Shown here piece after piece: positions 7,489-13,005 of a stretch of 13,205 nt of DNA. A program made the position numbers and the translations under genes. The notes beneath the pieces are model-generated. The model was not told where the DNA came from. It did no database searches and saw only the letters and a program-made list of their open reading frames with translations. The stretch is taken from the IMG/VR virus record IMGVR_UViG_2671180849_000011; one strand, 5' to 3'. This DNA comes from a virus. Lineage: Duplodnaviria; Heunggongvirae; Uroviricota; Caudoviricetes. Every line of letters starts with the position of its first letter. The first letter of the stretch is position 1.

Positions 7489-7698
7489 GTGATAACAAAA
7501 AATGGGGGTGTAATAGGGTAGGTCACCTTTCATCAAAATCACTTCTACGACGTTTCCAGAGTGATAACAAGAAAACAGGCCTCTAAGATTATCTGTGCCT
7601 CGTTTTTAGCTTTTTGTGTGGTTACCAGGTGAAGAGGAAATGTTAAAAACTGTTCATTTTATGCACAAACTAGTCAGGGTGATACCACAAAATGAGGT
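7489..7698. repeat. third repeat family GTGATA(A/C)CA-A-rich-GG, three copies
   Basis: gtgataacaaaaaatggggg 7489-7508, gtgataacaagaaaacagg 7561-7579, gtgataccacaaaatgagg 7679-7697; DnaA-box-like TTATGCACA at 7659-7667. Confidence 0.45.
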
Positions 7699-7887
7699 GT
7701 AAGAAATCCAGCTGCAGATAATCTTGCAGCCAGATTTTGCAGTTTTTTAGGGTATGTTAAATTTGACAAAAATAGAGAAAAGGCTTATTAAGCTAACTTA
7801 TTGATTTTATTAGTATTACGAAAAAGGGTTACACCCTCTCTCTTACTCTGTCAACCGGGCGGTTGTGGCATAAAACGGATTAAATCA

Positions 7888-7946
7888 ATAAATAGGCATT
7901 AAATAGGGGATAAATAGGGGTTAATTGAGGGATAAATAAAAAGGGG
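7888..7946. repeat. five tandem 11-bp phased repeats (A/T)TAAAT(A/T)GGGG
   Basis: Units start at 7888, 7899, 7910, 7921, 7932 (exact 11-bp period); last unit merges into the terminator stem. Confidence 0.55.
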
Positions 7947-7959
7947 CCGTGATGGCCCC
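7931..7959 (-). terminator. rho-independent terminator of the membrane-protein gene
   Basis: Stem GGGGCC (7943-7948) / GGCCCC (7954-7959), loop GTGAT; - strand tail TTTTTATTTATC (complement of 7931-7942); 8 nt past stop codon 7968-7970. Confidence 0.6.
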
Positions 7960-7967
7960 CTGGTAGG

Positions 7968-8498
7968 TCAGAACAGTTTTTTGCTTTTTCTCCAACTAAC
8001 GCCGCGTTTGCCTATGCTCAGCCAGCCGCCAGCGAATCGGGTACCTGCGGTAACACTAGCTCCCCTGGTACCTACATGTGCATAAATACCTGCTCCACTG
8101 CTACCACCGCTTCTACGGCTTTTTCCGCCATCGATATCAAGGAGAACACAGATCGCATTCCACCAAAAGCCGATCACCCATATTGCAAATGCTAAGCCTA
8201 AAACGCCCCAGGTGACCGCCCACCCTTCCAGACTAGTGGGGAAGTAGAAAGCATTGAGAACAGCATTTATAGGGCGGATCAGGAGAAAATCTATAAAACC
8301 AGTATCCACATGAAACGGTCCATTGCCGAACTTGCTACTGCCAATAAATAAGGTAGCAGGGTAAAAGAAGATAGCCATTGCCCAAGGGCCAATAAGCAGG
8401 ATAGTAGCCCCGAACTGTGCGGCCTCCTTAAAGAACATTTTTACTATTGCTTTAAAAAGCTTTTTGTTTTCTGATTCTTTATCTTTCTGAAATAACAT
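7968..8498 (-). CDS. polytopic membrane protein (176 aa) with Gly/Ser/Arg-rich C-terminal tail
   Basis: ATG 8498 preceded by AAGGGG; about four hydrophobic segments; own terminator; position and type fit a superinfection-exclusion or abortive-infection moron (inference). Confidence 0.6.
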   Translation of the reverse strand: MLFQKDKESENKKLFKAIVKMFFKEAAQFGATILLIGPWAMAIFFYPATLFIGSSKFGNGPFHVDTGFIDFLLIRPINAVLNAFYFPTSLEGWAVTWGVLGLAFAIWVIGFWWNAICVLLDIDGGKSRRSGGSSGAGIYAHVGTRGASVTAGTRFAGGWLSIGKRGVSWRKSKKLF

Positions 8499-8509
8499 GA
8501 CGGTACCCC

Positions 8510-8527
8510 TTTGCGAGAAGTTGAATT
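8510..8527 (-). promoter_or_regulatory. conserved leader element copy 1, 12 nt upstream of ATG 8498
   Basis: + strand TTTGCGAGAAGTTGA (8510-8524) identical to 9052-9066 at the same distance from a start codon; 13/15 match to 126-140. Confidence 0.5.
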
Positions 8528-8555
8528 TAGTTAATAACCTGTTGGACTGTTCCTA

Positions 8556-8816
8556 CTATTTATTCTTCTTAAATCTCCCATCCTCCTTTCTCTCGATATT
8601 GTGGTAGTCGGCATAGGCTTTCAGCCTTCTGTGCACGGTGGCGATCCCCACACCGAAGGTTTTAGCGATAACCTGTCGTGGTGTTCCCTCTTCAACCATC
8701 TTGTACATCTGTTCCGCTACATCCATTTGTGCGGCTATCTCCATTTGCTTTGCCTTAGCTTTAATTTCAGCTATCAGCTCTTCCCTCAGTCTCCTGATAT
8801 CTTTAGCCCCCGTCAT
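8556..8816 (-). CDS. small HTH DNA-binding regulator (86 aa)
   Basis: SD GAGGAG 3 nt before ATG 8816; N-terminal predicted coiled coil; C-terminal HTH TPRQVIAKTFGVGIATVHRRLK of the resolvase/Mor-like type (by eye). Confidence 0.6.
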   Translation of the reverse strand: MTGAKDIRRLREELIAEIKAKAKQMEIAAQMDVAEQMYKMVEEGTPRQVIAKTFGVGIATVHRRLKAYADYHNIERKEDGRFKKNK

Positions 8817-8839
8817 AAACTCCTCTCAATGCTGTTCAT
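8813..8839 (-). CDS. 8-codon upstream micro-ORF (MNSIERSL) overlapping the HTH gene start
   Basis: ATG 8839 preceded by GCGGAG; stop TGA 8813-8815 overlaps ATG 8816 (ATGA); lies in an 18-bp direct repeat that duplicates the SD-start region. Confidence 0.2.
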   Translation of the reverse strand: MNSIERSL

Positions 8840-8916
8840 AAACTCCGCTCAATCATGATTAGTAGAACATCCAGGATAGCCAGACCTATTAAAAATGCTT
8901 TGCCTCCTTTGCCCAT
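8836..8916 (-). CDS. 26-aa hydrophobic micro-ORF (MGKGGKAFLIGLAILDVLLIMIERSL)
   Basis: ATG 8916 preceded by GGAGG at 6-nt spacing, 1 nt after stop of the upstream micro-ORF; stop TGA 8836-8838 overlaps ATG of the 8-codon uORF (ATGA). Confidence 0.25.
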   Translation of the reverse strand: MGKGGKAFLIGLAILDVLLIMIERSL

Positions 8917-8917
8917 C

Positions 8918-9040
8918 TCACACCTCCACACACAGAGCTAACATCAGGGCTAACACTCCAACCACCTCAATTGCCTTAACAATGTGTGGGTGATGAAACC
9001 TGGCCTTTTGCCATGCGCTGGCACTGTTCTTGATACCCAT
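8918..9040 (-). CDS. 40-aa micro-ORF with C-terminal hydrophobic helix (track ORF extends to 9145)
   Basis: Internal ATG 9040 preceded by SD AAGGTGA at 5-nt spacing and by leader element copy 2; ATG 9145 has no SD and the N-terminal extension is low-complexity. Confidence 0.3.
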   Translation of the reverse strand: MGIKNSASAWQKARFHHPHIVKAIEVVGVLALMLALCVEV

Positions 9041-9051
9041 AACTATCACCT

Positions 9052-9069
9052 TTTGCGAGAAGTTGATTT
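9052..9069 (-). promoter_or_regulatory. conserved leader element copy 2, 12 nt upstream of ATG 9040
   Basis: + strand TTTGCGAGAAGTTGA (9052-9066) identical to 8510-8524; GCGAGAAGTTGATTT (9055-9069) is 14/15 identical to 126-140. Confidence 0.5.
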
Positions 9070-9336
9070 GTTTGTTCGGTTGGGGTGCTATCAATGATCC
9101 CCTTCCTTGATTCGAACTATAGCCGGGTAAATCACTGGAAAACATTGATATTGATCAAAAGATATCTATCACGAATGAAAAAGTTATGATAGATGATAGG
9201 AGTCGCATAGCTGCGACCTTGGCTGTGTGCCAAGCCTGCAAAGCAGGTCAGGGATGAGGTGACGTATTGATGGGATTGATAGAGGTCTGAAAATACCGTT
9301 ACCACGCTAATTATTAGAATTTATATAATCAGGATG

Positions 9337-9365
9337 TTGACAATGTGAGTAAATACTGATATAAT
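9337..9365 (+). promoter_or_regulatory. perfect-consensus sigma70 promoter (TTGACA - 17 bp - TATAAT) with AT-rich upstream region
   Basis: TTGACA 9337-9342, exactly 17-bp spacer, TATAAT 9360-9365; AT-rich 9305-9335 (UP-element-like); faces the capsid genes. Confidence 0.65.
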
Positions 9366-9373
9366 ATACAGTA
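9354..9373. promoter_or_regulatory. LexA-type SOS box overlapping the -10 element
   Basis: TACTGATATAATATACAGTA matches the E. coli-type consensus TACTG(TA)5CAGTA at all ten flanking positions with an AT-only core. Confidence 0.45.
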
Positions 9374-9508
9374 TACCGTGAATCATTTAGCGAAGGTGGT
9401 TTACCGTATTTTCCTCCAAAGTAACGGCGACCAGGTAGCGGTGCCGCCTTATAAATAACACTACCCTGATCATCGTTGAGTGGTCGATTAATTCTCCTAT
9501 TGGGCTAG

Positions 9509-9517
9509 TTATCCACA
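9509..9517 (+). promoter_or_regulatory. consensus DnaA box TTATCCACA inside the capsid-operon leader
   Basis: Exact 9-mer; also the 5' arm of an inverted repeat CCACACAG (9513-9520) / CTGTGTGG (9539-9546). Confidence 0.3.
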
Positions 9518-9845
9518 CAGTTTTCTTTTGCGGGTTTTCTGTGTGGGTAGCTATCCCGAAAGGTATTTCCCCGCTGATGTGACCGCAGCCTGAACTGATT
9601 CGGGGGAGTGCCTTTCGTGATAGTGCTCTCTAGCAACCGTAACCATGCAGTGAACTATCAGCCAACTGTTGTTGGTTTTCCCCATATGGAATAGCCCCCG
9701 CTTGGACGGTGCGGGGCTATCTCCCTCTCCTTATATCAATCCCCCTTTAGATTTCCGGCATAACTTTTCGGCCCGAGCCTGTCGTGGTTTGAGAGGTTAT
9801 ACCTGAACCCTTTGAGGGGAGTTAATTTAAATCGCAGGTGATCAA

Positions 9846-10181
9846 ATGAGAGATATGACTATCCGCACACGCGGACACATCATTTCATACGCCGCAGATG
9901 AGCAATTTAGTATTCGCGACGTTGAAGTTAAAAACAAAGTTAAGACTGAGATTCCGGCTGGCACTGTTGTTGTGGTGACTGAGGCTGGCGAGGTTGAGAC
10001 CTTCGTTAAAGCAACGCACACCGGTAAAACTCCGCTGCTGGTTGTAGAACGTGCTGAAGTTGGTGATTCCTTTATCGTTGTTGCGAACAAAGGTTGCTAC
10101 ATCAATCCGGCCTATGTGGACAAAGACGGCTTAGCCGCTGTTGTTGCTGCCAGCAATGGCGATTTGCGTGTTGCACAATAA
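9846..10181 (+). CDS. head decoration-like protein (111 aa), assignment by position
   Basis: ATG 9846 preceded by AGGTGA at 5-nt spacing; strongly biased high-expression-type codons; immediately upstream of the capsid gene, as gpD is in lambda; no sequence similarity to lambda gpD recognised. Confidence 0.5.
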   Translation: MRDMTIRTRGHIISYAADEQFSIRDVEVKNKVKTEIPAGTVVVVTEAGEVETFVKATHTGKTPLLVVERAEVGDSFIVVANKGCYINPAYVDKDGLAAVVAASNGDLRVAQ

Positions 10182-10192
10182 GGAGGTTGAAA

Positions 10193-11239
10193 ATGGCTAA
10201 GAAAGAATTCGAAGTTCGCGATCTGTGTGGTCTGATTAAAGATATCCCGCCGGATAACATGATTATTTCTGCAATGGATATCTTCAACACTACTGCTCTG
10301 TGCAATACCTTTAAATTTGAATATGACAAAGTTCGCCAGGTGAAACAAACCGCTTTCGGTCAGTATCCGCGCTACGGTGAACAGATGGCTACCATTACCG
10401 CAGATGAGCGTGAAACGGGCACGGGTGATATGGCATTCACTGCCGCATCAAGTGCTATTTATCCTTCTGACTGGCAGGGTATCCGCGTTCCTGGCAAAGA
10501 TTCCGAAGAGAATCTAGAGTCTGTAACCGCTCGTCGTGTTATTCAGCTGGGCGAAGGCTTACGCCAGACCCACGAAGAAGCACGCCAGCTTGCTCTCTTT
10601 GAGAACAAAATTATCCTCACCAAGGGTAAAGAACTGAATGTGTGCGAACTGCTGGGCGCACAGCAAACCACTTCAGAAGTGGATCTAACTCAAGATATCC
10701 TTAAACAGCTGCAGGACCTGGTTGCACTGAGCAAGGTTAAACAGCGTGGTGTCGTTCGTGCCCTGCGTGGTTTCACCCTGTTCTGCCGTGCTGAACTGTT
10801 TACCGCTATTCAGACTGATGAACTGCTCCGTAAAGTGCTGTTGTTCGGCAATCAGAACATTACCGACAAAGGTCTGATGTTCCCTGAGGATATTCTGCCG
10901 GGCTTCCCGACCTTCCGCATTCCGGGCTTAGCCCTGCGTGTGGTGCAAATGGATAGTCTGCCAGAGAATACTGCTTATCTGGTCCCACAGTTCCAGCCGC
11001 ATGCGTTAGGCGATATGGTGGGCGTTTATACTCAATTTTTCGGCCCTTGCGCTCGCAACCTGAAGCTGGCAAACGGCGCTGCACGTGAAGCTTTCATGTA
11101 TATGGAAGAGTCCAGAGGCAAACGCGAAATCTTCGTTGAATCCTCTTATGCTTTCATGAACATGATGCCTGAAGTTGTGGTTAAAGTGAGTGTTAAAAAC
11201 ACCGCCGCCGCTGCTCTGGCAAAAGCCAAGGCTAAATAA
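10193..11239 (+). CDS. major capsid protein, lambda gpE-like family (348 aa)
   Basis: ATG 10193 preceded by AAGGAGG at 6-nt spacing (track ORF starts at an upstream TTG); strong codon bias; collinear matches to lambda gpE as I recall it (FKF near N-terminus, LPENT versus LPDNT, C-terminal V-S-V); size fits. Confidence 0.6.
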   Translation: MAKKEFEVRDLCGLIKDIPPDNMIISAMDIFNTTALCNTFKFEYDKVRQVKQTAFGQYPRYGEQMATITADERETGTGDMAFTAASSAIYPSDWQGIRVPGKDSEENLESVTARRVIQLGEGLRQTHEEARQLALFENKIILTKGKELNVCELLGAQQTTSEVDLTQDILKQLQDLVALSKVKQRGVVRALRGFTLFCRAELFTAIQTDELLRKVLLFGNQNITDKGLMFPEDILPGFPTFRIPGLALRVVQMDSLPENTAYLVPQFQPHALGDMVGVYTQFFGPCARNLKLANGAAREAFMYMEESRGKREIFVESSYAFMNMMPEVVVKVSVKNTAAAALAKAKAK

Positions 11240-11243
11240 AAGC

Positions 11244-11296
11244 AAAGGGAAGAGGTGGGAGATTGTGGGTAGGTCTTTCCCTCTTCCCTTTTTTGT
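11244..11296 (+). terminator. strong rho-independent terminator after the capsid gene
   Basis: 12-bp stem AAAGGGAAGAGG (11244-11255) / CCTCTTCCCTTT (11280-11291) then T-run to 11294; begins 5 nt after stop codon. Confidence 0.65.
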
Positions 11297-11328
11297 TATC
11301 CCCGTCTTAAGTTTTTGAGGTGTCTTTT

Positions 11329-11580
11329 ATGAAAATTGTTTTATACGGCGACCGTGACGACGTGCCTTTTGATATTATCCATATCGATGACGAGGATCTG
11401 CCGGAATTCCTGCGTATCTCCACATTTGCCGCCTGCTATGACGTTAGCCGCCAGGCTATGCATAAATACCGTGAATATAATAAATGCACCTGGGCCGAGA
11501 CTTTCGAACATTTTATTGCACGCAAACAAGCCCAGGACCGCAAAAAAGCCCTGAATGCGCATAATCGTTTTGCAAAATAA
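11329..11580 (+). CDS. hypothetical small protein (83 aa)
   Basis: ATG 11329 preceded by GAGGTG at 6-nt spacing (track ORF starts at GTG 11320); acidic N-terminus, basic C-terminus. Confidence 0.5.
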   Translation: MKIVLYGDRDDVPFDIIHIDDEDLPEFLRISTFAACYDVSRQAMHKYREYNKCTWAETFEHFIARKQAQDRKKALNAHNRFAK

Positions 11581-11654
11581 CGATAGATAGCCCTGTCTTT
11601 TTATCAGAATTCACACAGGGCCACCAAAAGATTCAATTTGGAGGCATGTTTAAT

Positions 11655-12458
11655 ATGGCTAGTGATGCTCTGACAGCTGCAAAACAAGCTGAGTCGAGAT
11701 CTCCTGCATTCACTGTTATGTGTGGGGGATATTCACAAAACAAAAATATAATGGATGGCTTCAACTATACCGATAATGTGGCTATCTTCTTTGACTCTAT
11801 CTCTGATGTCAGCTATTCGTTCCCTGTTGAGAAATCGAGCTATGCGGTCGAGGATGGCACCACCATGTCAGACCATGCCGTCATTAAAGATAAATCTGTC
11901 AGCTTTACGGGTATTATTACCTCTTCCCCTCACATTATCCGGAAAGAGAACTACATCGACCGGAACACTGATCCAGATAATCCCCGTGAATCTATGCGCC
12001 CTGCTGCCGCTGTTCAGGCACTTATGGAAATGAGAGACAAGCGCCAGCTAGTTAGCCTGGTAAGTGAAGATGCCGGACTCCTTGAGAACTTCATCATGAC
12101 GAAATGTGAAGTTAAGCGTAGCTCTTCCTCTGGCGACTGCATCACTATTGATTGCACTTTTGAAGAATTCCGCACCTTCAAGGTGAAGATGGTCGAAAAT
12201 GCCGGAGTTTTCACTAACAGTAAGAAGGTGAATAAAACACAGCAAAAGGGTGCTGTTAACAGTGCTAAAGAGGGTAGTAACGCTGGCAATGCTGCTACGA
12301 AATCTACCAGAGCTAAGCATCGCGGGGAATATGCACAGGGAGAGGCAGCGGGAAAGATTGCCGCAGGTGATAAGTCTGTCGTGTCGAATGAGTTCCACGA
12401 AACGATGATTGATAAGGCCAACATGTTGCTTGATGACATCACGGAGATCAACAAATGA
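11655..12458 (+). CDS. hypothetical protein (267 aa; 270 aa if ATG 11646)
   Basis: GGAGG 11640-11644 is 1 nt from ATG 11646 but 10 nt from ATG 11655; Ser/Thr-rich; stop overlaps next start (ATGA). Confidence 0.55.
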   Translation: MASDALTAAKQAESRSPAFTVMCGGYSQNKNIMDGFNYTDNVAIFFDSISDVSYSFPVEKSSYAVEDGTTMSDHAVIKDKSVSFTGIITSSPHIIRKENYIDRNTDPDNPRESMRPAAAVQALMEMRDKRQLVSLVSEDAGLLENFIMTKCEVKRSSSSGDCITIDCTFEEFRTFKVKMVENAGVFTNSKKVNKTQQKGAVNSAKEGSNAGNAATKSTRAKHRGEYAQGEAAGKIAAGDKSVVSNEFHETMIDKANMLLDDITEINK

Positions 12459-12913
12459 GTCCGAAAGTCCGTTGCACCATAGACAAGCGCATGATGGATA
12501 AGCTGCATAAAGAGCTCTCACAGATGGAAGGTGTAGCGGTTGGCTGGGATGACGGGAAACACTATAGCGGCCTGAATTACGCCACACTGGCAGCAATTCA
12601 TTCTGAGGGGTGGGGTGATCTGCCTAAGCGCTCCTTTATGGAATCTGCCCACGCAGCAATGCTCTATGAGAGCCTGAGACACACAAAAGCCCTGATTAAT
12701 GCAATCGTAAAGGGTGGGAGCTCTGAGGCCGTCAGGAAGCGAATAGGCAAGCGATACGCCGACATTCTGGAGACTATCCTGATTAGTGGGCAATTCAGCA
12801 ACAACAAGGTTTCCCCACAATGGGCAAGCTATAAAGGCTTCAATGATGCCATGCGCCACTATGATGATTTGATCGGTGCAATCAAATACTGGTCAAATGT
12901 GGGGAGAGGTTGA
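12455..12913 (+). CDS. hypothetical protein (152 aa), translationally coupled
   Basis: ATG 12455 overlaps upstream stop (ATGA); GGAG 8 nt upstream; no recognisable motif. Confidence 0.55.
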   Translation: MSPKVRCTIDKRMMDKLHKELSQMEGVAVGWDDGKHYSGLNYATLAAIHSEGWGDLPKRSFMESAHAAMLYESLRHTKALINAIVKGGSSEAVRKRIGKRYADILETILISGQFSNNKVSPQWASYKGFNDAMRHYDDLIGAIKYWSNVGRG

Positions 12914-12929
12914 AAAGAGGTAATAGTGT

Positions 12930-13005
12930 TCTTTTGAGGCCGTAGTGAGGCTAATCACGGTCCGGCTTAAAAAAGACAATAGGATGTCTTTTGAGGCCGT
13001 AGTGA
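12930..13005. repeat. two copies of a 19-bp direct repeat TCTTTTGAGGCCGTAGTGA
   Basis: Exact copies at 12930-12948 and 12987-13005 (57-bp spacing), similarity extends upstream (AATAG..); 17 nt after stop of the 152-aa gene. Confidence 0.5.

Noticed and set aside
7213-7498. - strand ORFs of 61 and 64 aa
   Set aside because: Overlapping, Cys/Leu-rich or low-complexity, no SD; inside the repeat-rich region.
8601-8858. + strand ORFs of 85 and 67 aa
   Set aside because: Antisense to the 86-aa HTH gene; Cys/Ser-rich low-complexity translations.
9088-9120. Possible tRNA fragment or att site (gattcgaact resembles part of a T-arm)
   Set aside because: No acceptor stem, anticodon arm or full T-loop consensus can be built on either strand.
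8918-9145. Full-length 75-aa version of the - strand ORF
   Set aside because: ATG 9145 lacks an SD and the first 35 residues are low-complexity; the internal ATG 9040 has an SD and the conserved leader element.
9842-11245. - strand ORFs (9842-10090, 10102-10329, 10112-10348, 10860-11084, 11006-11245) and the TTG-extended start 10094 of the capsid gene
   Set aside because: Antisense or alternative frames within the strongly codon-biased capsid genes; the ATG 10193 with AAGGAGG is the credible capsid start.
11590-11616. Hairpin GCCCTGT / ACAGGGC after the 83-aa gene
   Set aside because: No U-run follows, so not called as an intrinsic terminator; may be an RNA stability element.
11336-12859. 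Alternative-frame and antisense ORFs (11336-11554 +, 11341-11562 -, 11755-12033 +, 12014-12508 -, 12048-12596 -, 12518-12859 -)
   Set aside because: Nested in or antisense to better-supported genes with SDs and coupling; low-complexity translations.
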